Shown: positions 27,431 through 37,583, counted from the first letter of the stretch. The stretch: 64,000 nucleotides of DNA from an uncultured Gemmatimonadales bacterium (GCA_963716255.1 OY970303.1:3136001-3200000); one strand, 5' to 3'. A program made the numbers and translations. The notes: a model not told the origin generated them from the sequence alone.

Positions 27431-28468
27431 ATGCGGAAGCCAGCTCTCGGACTCGCCTTCATCGCCCTGACGACGCTCGCGGCCTGCACGGGCGGCGACG
27501 GGCGAAAGCCGCTCGTGGTCTACTCGCCGCACGGGAGCGACATGCTGGAGGCGTTCGAGAAGCGCTTCGAGCAGGCCCACCCGGACGTGGACGTGCAGGC
27601 GGTGGACATGGGATCGCAGGAGGTGCTGGACCGCCTGCGCTCGGAGCGGGCGAACCCGCAGGCGGACGTGTGGTGGGGCGCCCCGGCGAACACCTTCGAG
27701 GACGCCGCGCGCGACTCGCTGCTGGAGCGCTTCGTCCCCACCTGGGCGGCCTCGGTGCCGGCGGAGGCGAAGAGCGGCCAGGGGCTGTGGCACGGCACCT
27801 ACCTGACGCCGGAGGTGATCGCCTACAACACGCAGGCGATCCCCGCGGCGGAGGTGCCGCGCGACTGGGACGACGTGCTGGACCCGAAGTGGAAGGGCAA
27901 GGTCCTGGTGCGCGACCCCATGGCGAGCGGCACCATGCGCACCATCTTCGGGATGATCGTGCAGCGCGGGCTGCGCGAGACGGGCGACACGGCGGCGGGG
28001 TTCCAGTGGCTTCGGCGGCTGGACGGGCAGACCAGGGAGTACGTGCTGAACCCCACGCTGCTGTACCAGAAGCTGGCGCGGCAGGAGGGGGTGCTGACGC
28101 TCTGGGACATGCCGGACATCGAGGCGCTCAAGGCGAACACCAAGTTCCCCATCGACTACGTGATCCCCAGCAGCGGCACGCCGCTTTTGGTGGACGCGGT
28201 CGCCGTGGTGCGCGGCTCCAGGAACCCGGAGCTGGCGCGCGAGTTCGTGGAGTGGGTGGGCGGTGACGCGGGCATCCTCCCCGCCGCGCGCGAGTTCGGC
28301 CGGCTCCCCGCCCGCGCCGACGTGCCGGAGGACTCGCTCCCCGAGGGGCTGCGCCGCGTGAAGCGCGCCATGGTCGCCGAACCGATGGACTGGAAGCTCC
28401 TCCAGGAAAAGGGCCCGGAATGGATGCGGTACTGGGACGAGCACGTCCGCGGAAAAGGAACGCGCTGA
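27431..28468 (+). CDS. ABC transporter substrate-binding lipoprotein (Fe3+/polyamine/thiamine class)
   Basis: LAAC lipobox, LVVYSPHG, NPQADVWWG, DPMASGT. Confidence 0.85.
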   Translation: MRKPALGLAFIALTTLAACTGGDGRKPLVVYSPHGSDMLEAFEKRFEQAHPDVDVQAVDMGSQEVLDRLRSERANPQADVWWGAPANTFEDAARDSLLERFVPTWAASVPAEAKSGQGLWHGTYLTPEVIAYNTQAIPAAEVPRDWDDVLDPKWKGKVLVRDPMASGTMRTIFGMIVQRGLRETGDTAAGFQWLRRLDGQTREYVLNPTLLYQKLARQEGVLTLWDMPDIEALKANTKFPIDYVIPSSGTPLLVDAVAVVRGSRNPELAREFVEWVGGDAGILPAAREFGRLPARADVPEDSLPEGLRRVKRAMVAEPMDWKLLQEKGPEWMRYWDEHVRGKGTR

Positions 28469-28500
28469 TGCCCGCCCGCGAAGCGAACCCCGCACCGTTC

Positions 28501-28528
28501 ACGGACTTCGTACTGCGTACTCCGTACT
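28501..28528 (-). repeat. Heptamer tandem repeat (AGTACGN)x4
   Basis: Minus strand AGTACGG AGTACGC AGTACGA AGTCCGT. Confidence 0.75.
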
Positions 28529-28537
28529 TCCGTCGGC

Positions 28538-29617
28538 ATGCTGAGGCTCGATGAGCTGACCCGCCGCTTCGGCGACATCGTCGCGGTGGACGGCGTGTCG
28601 CTGGAGGTGGCCCCGGGCGAGTTCCTGACGCTGCTGGGCCCCAGCGGCTGCGGCAAGACTACCACGCTGCGGATGATCGCGGGGTTCGAGACGCCCACCG
28701 GCGGGCGCATCGTGCTGGAGGGGCGCGACGTGACCTCGCTCCCGCCGCAGGGCCGCGGCGTGGGGATGGTGTTCCAGAACTACGCGCTGTTCCCGCACAT
28801 GGACGTGGCGGAGAACGTGGCCTTCGGGCTTCTGGCGCGGGGCGCGCCGCGGGCCGAGGTCCCCGCCCGGGTGGAGCGCGCGCTGGAGCGGGTGGAGCTG
28901 GGGGGCTACGGGAAGCGGCGGGTGCAGGAGCTCTCCGGCGGGCAGCAGCAGCGGGTGGCGCTCGCCCGGGCCATGGCGCCGGAGCCGCGCCTGCTCCTGC
29001 TGGACGAGCCGCTCTCCAACCTGGACGCGGCGCTCCGCGAGCGGACCCGCTCGGAGCTGCGGTCGCTCCTCAAGGAGCTGGGGATCACGGCGGTGTTCGT
29101 GACGCACGACCAGGAGGAGGCGTTCGCCCTGTCGGACCGCATCGCGGTGCTGGAGCGCGGCCGTCTCCAGCAGGTGGGGACGCCGGAGGCGCTCTACGCG
29201 CGGCCCGCCAACCCGTTCGTGGCGGGGTTCCTGGGGCGCGCCTCGTTCCTGGCGGCGCGCGTGGAGTCGCGCCGCGAGCAGACGGCCACGTGCCTCTTTC
29301 CCGGCGGGGAGCGCTGGGATGCGCGCGTTCCCGTGGGGGTGGAGCTGAAGCCGGGCGACGCGGTGCGGCTCATGGCGCGGCCGGAGTCGCTGCGCATGCG
29401 GCGCGCGGCCGCCGGCGGCGGGCGCGGGGGCCGGGAGCTGGAGGGCCGGGTGGCGGAGCGGCGCTTCGCCGGGGCCGTCACCTTCTACCGGCTCGAGGCG
29501 GCGCGCGCGGAGGTGACGGTGCAGGGCGCCGGCGGGGAGGCGGAGGTGGGGGAGGCGGTGTACTTCCGCCCGCACGACGACGCGCTCCCCGTCGCCTTCC
29601 CCGCGGAGACGGGGTGA
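28538..29617 (+). CDS. ABC transporter ATP-binding protein (FbpC/PotA-like)
   Basis: [37 protein letters not shown]. Confidence 0.93.
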   Translation: MLRLDELTRRFGDIVAVDGVSLEVAPGEFLTLLGPSGCGKTTTLRMIAGFETPTGGRIVLEGRDVTSLPPQGRGVGMVFQNYALFPHMDVAENVAFGLLARGAPRAEVPARVERALERVELGGYGKRRVQELSGGQQQRVALARAMAPEPRLLLLDEPLSNLDAALRERTRSELRSLLKELGITAVFVTHDQEEAFALSDRIAVLERGRLQQVGTPEALYARPANPFVAGFLGRASFLAARVESRREQTATCLFPGGERWDARVPVGVELKPGDAVRLMARPESLRMRRAAAGGGRGGRELEGRVAERRFAGAVTFYRLEAARAEVTVQGAGGEAEVGEAVYFRPHDDALPVAFPAETG

Positions 29618-31290
29618 GCGAGGGCCGGCGGGTCGGGCGGGGGACGCTGCTGCTGGCGCTCCCCGTCGCGTTCCTTCTCCTCTGGCTGGTGCTGTACCCC
29701 AACCTGTTCGTGGTGCGGGACGGCCTGGTGGAGGGCGGGCGGCTCACCGGGGAGCACTGGCGGCGCTTCTGGGGGAGCGGCACGGAGCGGGGGGCGCTGT
29801 GGGCGAGCGTGTGGATCTCGACCCTCAGCGTGCTGCTCTCCGCCGCGGTGGGGGTGCCGCTGGCCTTTCTGTTCTCGCGCTGGGAGTTCCCGGGGCGGCG
29901 CGTGCTGGGCGGTCTGGCGGCGATGCCGGTGCTGCTCCCGCCGCTGGTGGGAACCATCTCCTTCCTGTTCCTGTACGGCGAGAGCGGGTTCCTGACGCGC
30001 GGCGTGCAGCTCCTGCTGGGGATGGCGGAGCCGCCCTGGCGGCTCGCGGGGCCGTGGGCGATCCTGCTGGTGCACGCGTACACCATGTACGTGTACTTCT
30101 ACCTGTTCACCGCGGCGGGGCTGTCGCGGCTGGACGCTTCCTACGCCGAGGCCGCGGCGGCGCTGGGAGCGGGCCGCTGGACGACGCTGCGCCGGGTGAC
30201 GCTGCCGCTGCTGGCGCCGGCGCTGGGGGGCGCGGGGCTGCTGGTGTTCATGACCAGCATGGCGTCGTTCAGCGCGCCGTACGTGTTCGGCGGGGGCTTC
30301 CGGGTGCTCACCACCCAGCTCTACGCCAGCAAGCTGAACGGCGAGGAGGGGCTGGTGGCGGTGGAGGCCACGGTGCTCGCGGTGACCTCGCTGCTCTTCC
30401 TGGTGCTGCTCCAGCGCTACGAGGGGGGACGCCAGTACACCGGCGCCTCCAAGGGCTCCGGGGCGGCGACCCGGAAGCGGAGCGGGCGGCCGGTGCTCCT
30501 GTCGCTGCTGGCGCTGGCGGGGGTGGGCTTCCTCCTCCTGCCGCACGCCACGGTGCTGCTGGTGTCCTTCGTCCCGGAGGGGACGTGGACCACGGAGATC
30601 TTCCCGCCGGAGTACTCCGCCGCGAGCTACCGGACGCTGTTCACCGACCCGGACCGGCTGGTGCCGGTGCTCAACTCGGTGCGCATGGCGACGGTGGCGA
30701 CGCTCGCCAACGTGGTGTTCGCCTTCGCGGCCGGGTACCTGCTGGCGCGGCGGCGCTTCCCGGGGCGGCGGCTGGTGGACGCGCTGGTGGTGCTCCCCTG
30801 GGCGCTCCCGGGGACGGTGCTGGCCATCGCCCTGGCGACCACCTTCAGCGTGCACCGGCCGCTCGCCGGGCGCTTCGTGCTGGTGGGGACGTTCGCGGTG
30901 CTCCCGCTGGCGTACTTCATCCGCAACGTCCCGCTGGTGACCCGCGCGGCGCTCACCTCCTTCCGCCAGCTCGATCCCTCGCTGGAGGAGGCCGCGGCCT
31001 CGCTGGGCGCGGGGCGCGCCACCGCGCTGCGCCGCGTGGTGCTCCCGCTGGTGCTCCCCGGGCTGGCCGCCGGGGCGCTGCTGGCGTGGGTGACCGCGCT
31101 GGGGGAGTTCGTCGCCTCCATCCTGCTGTACACGCACCGCACCCGCCCCATGTCGGTGGAGATGCTGGCCCGGCTGCGCGCCTTCGACTTCGGCGGGGCG
31201 GCGGCGTACGGGGTGCTCCTCATCGCCCTGGTGGCCGTGGCCTTCGTCTTCGGCTGGCGGCGCGTCAACGAGGAGCCCCCGGGCGGGTAG
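29614..31290 (+). CDS. ABC transporter permease, two fused domains (FbpB-like)
   Basis: Two EAA loops (AEAAAALGA, EEAAASLGA). Confidence 0.9.
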   Translation: MSEGRRVGRGTLLLALPVAFLLLWLVLYPNLFVVRDGLVEGGRLTGEHWRRFWGSGTERGALWASVWISTLSVLLSAAVGVPLAFLFSRWEFPGRRVLGGLAAMPVLLPPLVGTISFLFLYGESGFLTRGVQLLLGMAEPPWRLAGPWAILLVHAYTMYVYFYLFTAAGLSRLDASYAEAAAALGAGRWTTLRRVTLPLLAPALGGAGLLVFMTSMASFSAPYVFGGGFRVLTTQLYASKLNGEEGLVAVEATVLAVTSLLFLVLLQRYEGGRQYTGASKGSGAATRKRSGRPVLLSLLALAGVGFLLLPHATVLLVSFVPEGTWTTEIFPPEYSAASYRTLFTDPDRLVPVLNSVRMATVATLANVVFAFAAGYLLARRRFPGRRLVDALVVLPWALPGTVLAIALATTFSVHRPLAGRFVLVGTFAVLPLAYFIRNVPLVTRAALTSFRQLDPSLEEAAASLGAGRATALRRVVLPLVLPGLAAGALLAWVTALGEFVASILLYTHRTRPMSVEMLARLRAFDFGGAAAYGVLLIALVAVAFVFGWRRVNEEPPGG

Positions 31291-31375
31291 CGCCCCGTGG
31301 GCCACTCCGCGCCCTGGCGCGGGAGGTGCGGGAAAGTTCCGGGAGTCGTTCCACCTGTCACCCTGGAGTACCGCC

Positions 31376-33136
31376 ATGCGTCCCACCCCCCTGCGCGCGG
31401 CGGCCGCCCTGGCCGTGCTCGCCGCGCTCGCCCCGGATCTCCCCGCCCAGTCGGTGGCCGCCCGGCTCCCGGCCGGCCCCGCGCAGACGCAGACGCCGCG
31501 AGACTCGGCGCGCACCCTGGGCTCCGCCCGCTCGGCGCAGGCGGCGTTCGAGCGGCTGCGCTTCCGCTTCCTCCCGTGGACGGAGGATGGCGGGGCGCCG
31601 GACCGCTGCGACGAGCGCATCGGGCGCTTCTGCCTGTGGCACGACGACGGCGACGAGACCGACTGGGTGCCGCCCCCGGAGCCCGAGCAGGTGAAGCAGG
31701 GGCGCGAGGCGCTCATCGCGCGCCTGGCCCAGGCCGCGGCGCAGTACCCGGGCGACCAGTGGGTGGCGGGGCAGCGGGTGCGCTACCTGGTGGAGGCCGG
31801 CCGCGCGGACGAGGCGGTGGCCGCCGCGCGGGAGTGCCGGGCCGGCTGGTGGTGCGGGGCGCTGGAGGGCTACGCGCTGCACCTGGCGGGAAAGACGGAA
31901 TCCGCCGACTCGGCCTTTTCCGCCTCGCTGGCGGGGATGCCCGACAGGGAGCGCACGGAGTGGACGGACGTGAGCCCGCTCCTCCCCGACGGCGACCTGC
32001 GCGCCTTCCGGCGGCTCAAGGAGCAGGACGCGGAGGCGGAGCAGCGCTTCTGGTGGCTGGCGGACCCGTTCTGGGGCTTTCCCGGCAACGACCTGCGCAC
32101 CGAGCACCTGTCCCGCAACGTGGCGGACCGGCTCCAGGACCGCGCCTTCGTGACGGAGGGGATCTCCTGGGGCGACGACCTGCGCGAGATCCTGGTGCGC
32201 TTCGGGGAGCCCATCGGGTGGGAGCGCGTCCGGCCGGACCACCCCCTGTTCACGCAGGGCCGCGCCTCGGTGGTCACCCACTACGCGCCGGACAGCAGGA
32301 ACTTCGTTCCGCCCGTCCGCTTCCTCCAGGACCCCGCGGCGATCGGCGACGGCGACTGGTCGCTGGACGATCCCAGCATGCGCGCGGCGTACGCCCCCGC
32401 CTACACCGGGGCCGTGGGCGTGCTGGAGCACCAGGTGGCACGCTTCCGCCGGGGCGACTCGGCGCTGGTGGTGGCGGCCTTCGCCCTGGACCCGGACAGC
32501 GTTCCGCCCGGCTCGGTCACCGACGCGGCGCTGGTTCTCGCGGCCGACCACCGCACCGAGCCGCGGATCGCGCGGACGACGGTGGCGGAGATGCGCGGGG
32601 TGGTGAGCCTCGCCGCGGAGCCCGGGGACCGCGTCATGAGCCTGGAAACGCAGACGCTCCAGGCCAAGCGGGCGGGGCGGGCGCGCTACGGGCTGCGGCT
32701 CCCCGCCGCCGCCGCCGGGGTGGCGGTCTCGGACGTCCTCCTGCTGCAGAGCTCCGACCCTCTCCCCTCCACACTGGAGGACGCGATCCCGCAGGCGCGC
32801 GGCTCCACCCGGGTGCGCGCGGGGGAGTCACTGGGGCTGTTCTGGGAGGTGTACGGCCTCCCGGAGCGACCGGACACCGTGGGGATCTCGGTGAGCGTGC
32901 ACCGCGGCTCCAAGGGGCTGGGGCGGCGCCTGGCGGAGGGGCTGGGGCTGGTGGGCGAGGCCACCCCCATCCAGGTCCGGTGGGACGAGGAGACTCCCGG
33001 CGAGGCGACGCTCGCCCGCACCCTGGTGCTCGCCATCCGCGACCTGTCGCCCGGCGAGTACACGCTGGAGCTGACCGTCACCCCGCGCGAAGGGGAGCCG
33101 GCGACCACCCGGCGGGCGCTGCGCGTGGAGCGGTGA
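31376..33136 (+). CDS. Secreted protein with a degenerate GWxTD-like region
   Basis: Signal peptide; FWWLADP...GNDLRTEH...SWGDDLREILVRFGEP. Confidence 0.6.
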   Translation: MRPTPLRAAAALAVLAALAPDLPAQSVAARLPAGPAQTQTPRDSARTLGSARSAQAAFERLRFRFLPWTEDGGAPDRCDERIGRFCLWHDDGDETDWVPPPEPEQVKQGREALIARLAQAAAQYPGDQWVAGQRVRYLVEAGRADEAVAAARECRAGWWCGALEGYALHLAGKTESADSAFSASLAGMPDRERTEWTDVSPLLPDGDLRAFRRLKEQDAEAEQRFWWLADPFWGFPGNDLRTEHLSRNVADRLQDRAFVTEGISWGDDLREILVRFGEPIGWERVRPDHPLFTQGRASVVTHYAPDSRNFVPPVRFLQDPAAIGDGDWSLDDPSMRAAYAPAYTGAVGVLEHQVARFRRGDSALVVAAFALDPDSVPPGSVTDAALVLAADHRTEPRIARTTVAEMRGVVSLAAEPGDRVMSLETQTLQAKRAGRARYGLRLPAAAAGVAVSDVLLLQSSDPLPSTLEDAIPQARGSTRVRAGESLGLFWEVYGLPERPDTVGISVSVHRGSKGLGRRLAEGLGLVGEATPIQVRWDEETPGEATLARTLVLAIRDLSPGEYTLELTVTPREGEPATTRRALRVER

Positions 33137-33157
33137 GCTTCGTCGACCCCGGAACCC

Positions 33158-33197
33158 TTGCGCCCTTTTTGTGAGCGCAACATAATTGTTGCGCAAC
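33158..33197 (+). promoter_or_regulatory. Promoter and overlapping operator of the TA operon
   Basis: TTGCGC-17-CATAAT overlapped by inverted repeat GCGCAACA-TAAT-TGTTGCGC (33175..33194). Confidence 0.65.
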
Positions 33198-33213
33198 TTA
33201 AAGAGGAGGGCAT

Positions 33214-33711
33214 ATGGCGGACGGAAAAGAGAGGGAAGAGGAGCGGGAGCCAAAGGTCGAGCCCCGGCCCGACCGGGTGGCGGAAGCGCGGGCCGCGTAC
33301 GCGGCCCGCCGCCCCATCCGCCGTGGGGCGGCGGGGGGCGGCAGGCCCGCCCAGCGCCCGCCGAACGGGGAGGGCGACCGTGGGGCGCGGATCGCGGCGC
33401 GGTGCGACTTCGCGGGGCGCGCCTTCGGCTCCGACGCGGAGCTGGCGCGCCTGGTGGGCGTGGACCGCAGCCGCATCACCCGCTGGCGGCAGGGCGACCT
33501 CCCCGACCCCGCGAACGCCGACCGGGTGGTGGGGATCGACGCCGTGGTGGAGCTGCTTTCCGGCTTCCTGGACGAGCGCAGCATCCCCAAGTGGCTGTAC
33601 GGCGTCAACGCCCACCTCGCCGACCGCCGCCCGGTGGACGTGCTCGTCTCCGGCCGCCTTTCCGAGGTGATCGCGGCGATCGAGGCGGAAAAGAGCGGCG
33701 CCTTCGGCTGA
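33214..33711 (+). CDS. Xre/MbcA-like antitoxin
   Basis: HTH (ELARLVGVDRSRITRW); C-terminal WLYGVNAHLADRRPVDVL; TGATG overlap with toxin. Confidence 0.8.
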   Translation: MADGKEREEEREPKVEPRPDRVAEARAAYAARRPIRRGAAGGGRPAQRPPNGEGDRGARIAARCDFAGRAFGSDAELARLVGVDRSRITRWRQGDLPDPANADRVVGIDAVVELLSGFLDERSIPKWLYGVNAHLADRRPVDVLVSGRLSEVIAAIEAEKSGAFG

Positions 33712-34283
33712 TGCCGGCTCCGGCGTCCACCTTCTGGCGCGTCTTTCCCTGGGACCCCGCCGCGTCGCCGGGGGAGCCCTTTTCGGCGTCCTTCGTCCCC
33801 GGAGGGCAGGGGAGCGGGCGCTTCGACGTCCTCCCCGGTCGCGTCCTTTACCTGGCCGAGTCCCCCGAGCACGCGGTCGCCGAGAAGATCCAGCGCTTTC
33901 GCGCGCACGAGCTGGAGCCGTGGGACCTCACGGAGTTCGGGCGGGCGCTGGCGCTGGTCCCGGTGGAGCTCGCCCCCGCCCCCGCCGCGCGGGTGGCGGA
34001 CCTGTGCAACCCAGCCGTGCTGCTGGAGCACGGCGTCCGCCCCGACCAGGTGGCGGCCCGCTCCCGCGACACCACCCGCGCCATCGCGGCGGGCCTCCAC
34101 GCGCGGGGCCTCGCCGGCCTGCGCTGGTGGTCGGCGATGTGGGGCGAGTGGCACGCGGTGACGCTGTTCCTGGACCGGCTCGCGGAGGGCGACCTGCGCT
34201 GGGGGACGCCGGACCCGCTCTCGCTGGACCACCCCGCGGTGCGCGAAGCCGCGGACGCCCTGATGATCCGGAGGAAGGGATGA
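33711..34283 (+). CDS. RES-domain toxin
   Basis: WRV, GRFD..VLYLAESPEHAVAE, GLRWWSA (R-E-S). Confidence 0.85.
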   Translation: MPAPASTFWRVFPWDPAASPGEPFSASFVPGGQGSGRFDVLPGRVLYLAESPEHAVAEKIQRFRAHELEPWDLTEFGRALALVPVELAPAPAARVADLCNPAVLLEHGVRPDQVAARSRDTTRAIAAGLHARGLAGLRWWSAMWGEWHAVTLFLDRLAEGDLRWGTPDPLSLDHPAVREAADALMIRRKG

Positions 34284-34481
34284 CGGGCAGGCGGGAGTGA
34301 GACGCCGCTGGAGCCACGATCCTCCCCGCACGAGACCGTACCCCGGCCGTACGTCCCGATGTAACTTGCCCCCACGCACCGGCGGGCCGATCCGCCGGCC
34401 CCCTCTCCCCGGCGTCCCTTCAGCCACCCCGGCTGTCCCGGCCGCCGGGCATCCCCCCGGAACCCGTCACCGCAGACCGCC

Positions 34482-34628
34482 ATGTCCAGCACCAAAGATC
34501 TGTTAGACAGCATCGGCACAGGCCTGGCCTACGTGGTGGCGTTCCTGGCCGTGCTCCTCGTCCTGGGCATCGTCGCCGTGCTGCTCGCCGGCTGGGGGCT
34601 CTGGTGGCTGTGGAGCTACTTCACCTGA
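34482..34628 (+). CDS. Small membrane protein (48 aa), paralog 1
   Basis: MSSTKDLLDSIGTGLAYVVAFLAVLLVLGIVAVLLAGWGLWWLWSYFT. Confidence 0.6.
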   Translation: MSSTKDLLDSIGTGLAYVVAFLAVLLVLGIVAVLLAGWGLWWLWSYFT

Positions 34629-34674
34629 CCGCGGCGCCGCCGCGCCCACCGGAACCCCGACCCGGGAGGCCGCC

Positions 34675-34809
34675 ATGCTGGACAGGGAGTTCTTCAACAG
34701 CTTCAGCGACGGGTGCACCTCGTACGCGTGCGGGTGCGTCGTGTACCTGGTCCTGTTCGTCGGCGGGGCCGCGTGGGGGGTGTGGTGGCTGTGGAACTAC
34801 TTCACCTGA
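34675..34809 (+). CDS. Small membrane protein (44 aa), paralog 2
   Basis: GGAGG RBS; MLDREFFNSFSDGCTSYACGCVVYLVLFVGGAAWGVWWLWNYFT. Confidence 0.6.
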   Translation: MLDREFFNSFSDGCTSYACGCVVYLVLFVGGAAWGVWWLWNYFT

Positions 34810-34932
34810 GCGCGGCGGGGGCCGGGTATGCCCCGGCTCTGGACCGTCCCCGCCCGCCGCGAGATATTTGAGGGCTTCGTCCCGGCCCTCGACTGCCGGA
34901 CCGTGAACCGTCTCCGTCCGGCGCCCGTCCCC

Positions 34933-36384
34933 GTGGAAACTCTCCCCGCCGCAGCACCCCCGCCCGCCGACTCCCCGGAGCCCGCGACAGCCCCCGCCGA
35001 CACCGGCTTCTGGAGCGCCGTGCGCGAAGCGCTGCGGGGCTCGCGCCGCGACTACACGCAGGGGCCCATCGGCCGCAGCATCCTGGTGCTCTCCGTCCCC
35101 ATGATCCTGGAGATGCTCATGGAGAGCGTCTTCGCCGTGGCGGACGTGTTCTTCGTCGCCAAGCTCGGCGCGGATGCCGTGGCGACGGTGGGGCTCACCG
35201 AGAGCATGCTGGCGCTGGTGTACGCGCTCGCCATGGGGCTGGGGATCGGGGCCACGGCCACGGTGGCGCGCCGCATCGGCGAGGGCGACCCGGACGGCGC
35301 CGCCCGGGCCGCCGTGCAGGCCATCGTCCTGGGCGTGGCGCTTTCCGCCGTGATCGGCGTCTTCGGCGTGATCATGGCGCCACGGCTGCTGGGGTGGATG
35401 GGCGGCTCGCCCGAGCTGATCGCCCGCGGCGCCGACTTCACCCGCGTGATGCTGGGCGGAAACGCGGCCATCCTGCTGCTCTTCCTGGTCAACGCCATCT
35501 TCCGGGGCGCCGGCGACGCCGCCATCGCCATGCGCGTGCTGTGGCTGGCGAACGCGATCAACATCGTGCTCGCGCCCTGCCTGATCTTTGGCCCGGGCCC
35601 CTTCCCCGAGCTGGGGGTGACCGGCGCGGCCGTGGCCACCACCATCGGGCGGGGGACGGGGGCCGCGTTCGCCCTGTGGCACCTGGTGCGCCCCGGCGGC
35701 CGGGTGACCGTGGGACGCAGGCACCTCGTGGTGCAGCCGGAGCTGCTCGCGCGCATCGTGCGCCTGTCGGCTTCGGGGGCGTTCCAGGTGCTGGTGGGAA
35801 CGGCGAGCTGGGTGGGGCTGGTGCGGATCATCTCCACCTTCGGGAGCTCCGCGCTGGCCGGGTACACCATCGGCATCCGCATCGTGCTGTTCGCGCTGCT
35901 GCCGTCGTTCGGGATGAGCAGCGCCGCGGCGACCATGGTGGGGCAGGCGCTGGGGGCCGGCAAGCCGGAGCGCGCCGAAAAGGCGGTGTGGCGGGCGGGC
36001 TTCTACAACCTGTGCTTCCTGGGGTCGGTGGGGCTGGTGTTCGTGCTCTTCGCCGGGCCGCTGGTGCGCCTCTTCACCCAGGACCCGGCCATCATCCCCT
36101 ACGCCGCCGACTGCCTGCGCATCGTGGCGTGCGGGTTCCTGTTCTACGCGTACGGCATGGTGATCACGCAGTCGTTCAACGGCGCGGGGGACACGTGGAC
36201 GCCCACGGTGCTCAACCTGTTCGTGTTCTGGCTGTGGGAGATCCCGCTGGCGTACGTGCTTGCCGTTCCGCTGGGGATGGGGCCGCGGGGTGTGTTCGTG
36301 GCCATCACGCTGGCGTTTTCCACGCTGGCGGTGGCGAGTGCGCTGATGTTCAGGCGGGGACGGTGGAAGACGCGCACGGTGTGA
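34933..36384 (+). CDS. MATE family efflux transporter (start approximate)
   Basis: YTQGPIGRSIL, IFRGAGDA, about 12 TM. Confidence 0.9.
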   Translation: METLPAAAPPPADSPEPATAPADTGFWSAVREALRGSRRDYTQGPIGRSILVLSVPMILEMLMESVFAVADVFFVAKLGADAVATVGLTESMLALVYALAMGLGIGATATVARRIGEGDPDGAARAAVQAIVLGVALSAVIGVFGVIMAPRLLGWMGGSPELIARGADFTRVMLGGNAAILLLFLVNAIFRGAGDAAIAMRVLWLANAINIVLAPCLIFGPGPFPELGVTGAAVATTIGRGTGAAFALWHLVRPGGRVTVGRRHLVVQPELLARIVRLSASGAFQVLVGTASWVGLVRIISTFGSSALAGYTIGIRIVLFALLPSFGMSSAAATMVGQALGAGKPERAEKAVWRAGFYNLCFLGSVGLVFVLFAGPLVRLFTQDPAIIPYAADCLRIVACGFLFYAYGMVITQSFNGAGDTWTPTVLNLFVFWLWEIPLAYVLAVPLGMGPRGVFVAITLAFSTLAVASALMFRRGRWKTRTV

Positions 36385-36420
36385 TCTCGCGGACGGCTCA
36401 ACGGCTTGAGGGGAAGGTTC

Positions 36421-36547
36421 GGGCGTGCCCCCGCTGACGCGGGGTCGGGCTTCGGCTCCGTAGCAGACGAAACAACCGTCTGCAACGGAGTCGAGCCCCG
36501 CGAAACTGCCCGCGGGTCTCGCCCCTTCGGGCCGGAATCCCTCACGC
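36421..36547 (+). repeat. Family A structured repeat, copy 5
   Basis: Same scaffold. Confidence 0.9.
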
Positions 36548-36695
36548 GGGGTGGGCGTTGGCGTCCGCGGGGACCCCCCAAAGGGTGTGGGGTCGTCCTG
36601 TCCAGGGCCTTTGCAGCCGTAAACTCTTGATCCAACTTATCGGCAGTACCGAGGTACTGACCACGAATCCCTCGCAACGAAATCCGAGAGATCAA

Positions 36696-37583
36696 GTGGA
36701 GTCCACTCAGCCCAAGCCCTTCGTGTTCGTCCTGATGCCCTTCGCCGCCTCCTTCGACGACGCCTACCGTTTCGGGATCAAGGCCGCATGCGCCGACGCC
36801 GGAGCGTACTGCGAGCGTGTCGACGAGCAGATCTTCCAGGAGAGCATTCTCGACCGCATCTACAACCAGATCTCCAAGGCCGATGTCTTGGTGGCGGACA
36901 TGACCGGGCGCAACGCTAACGTCTTCTACGAGACCGGGTACGCGCACGCGCTCGGAAAGCAAGTGATCCTGCTCACACAGAACGCGGACGACATTCCCTT
37001 TGATCTCAAACATTATCCACACATAATCTATGGCGGGAGTATCGGGAGCCTGAAAGACGATTTGGAGCGGCGGATCCGGTGGGCTCTCACCCAATTGGAT
37101 CAGGGAGTGCCGGAGTCGATCAGGATCGAGTTCTACTCGGATGGGAAACGTATCGTCCAGGGAGCCACAGTTCCGGTTAAGGGCTTTACTGGGAAATCCC
37201 GAGGCGGTTTCCTCGACCTCCATCTTCACAACAACTCACGTACGTTCATCCAATCTTCCAGTGTTCAGCTGAGCCTGATCACGGGCGATTTCTCCACGGC
37301 GATAGATTGGGGGCGGCACATCATCCGACTTCCGGATGGTCGTTATTTCCATCTTCTGTCCGAGCCAACATCGATCTACCCTGATGGATGGTTCAGTGTG
37401 TGGGTCCCACTCGGCCTGGCGGAGGACGCCGCAGTGGAACGATTGATTGATCAGGGAGGAGAGGCAATCCTCCGGGTATCTACCACTACGAGCGTTCAGG
37501 ATCTCCCGATCATGCTGCGTCTGGTTCGAGAGGAGGAGGCTGCAGCCGAAAATCCCCCGGCTAGCCCCATGCCCGGAGCTTGA
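36696..37583 (+). CDS. Nucleoside 2-deoxyribosyltransferase/TIR-like N-domain protein with unknown C-domain; low GC
   Basis: FVLMPF, ADMTGRNANVFYETGYAHALGK, IPFD; visibly AT-richer than flanks. Confidence 0.75.
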   Translation: MESTQPKPFVFVLMPFAASFDDAYRFGIKAACADAGAYCERVDEQIFQESILDRIYNQISKADVLVADMTGRNANVFYETGYAHALGKQVILLTQNADDIPFDLKHYPHIIYGGSIGSLKDDLERRIRWALTQLDQGVPESIRIEFYSDGKRIVQGATVPVKGFTGKSRGGFLDLHLHNNSRTFIQSSSVQLSLITGDFSTAIDWGRHIIRLPDGRYFHLLSEPTSIYPDGWFSVWVPLGLAEDAAVERLIDQGGEAILRVSTTTSVQDLPIMLRLVREEEAAAENPPASPMPGA

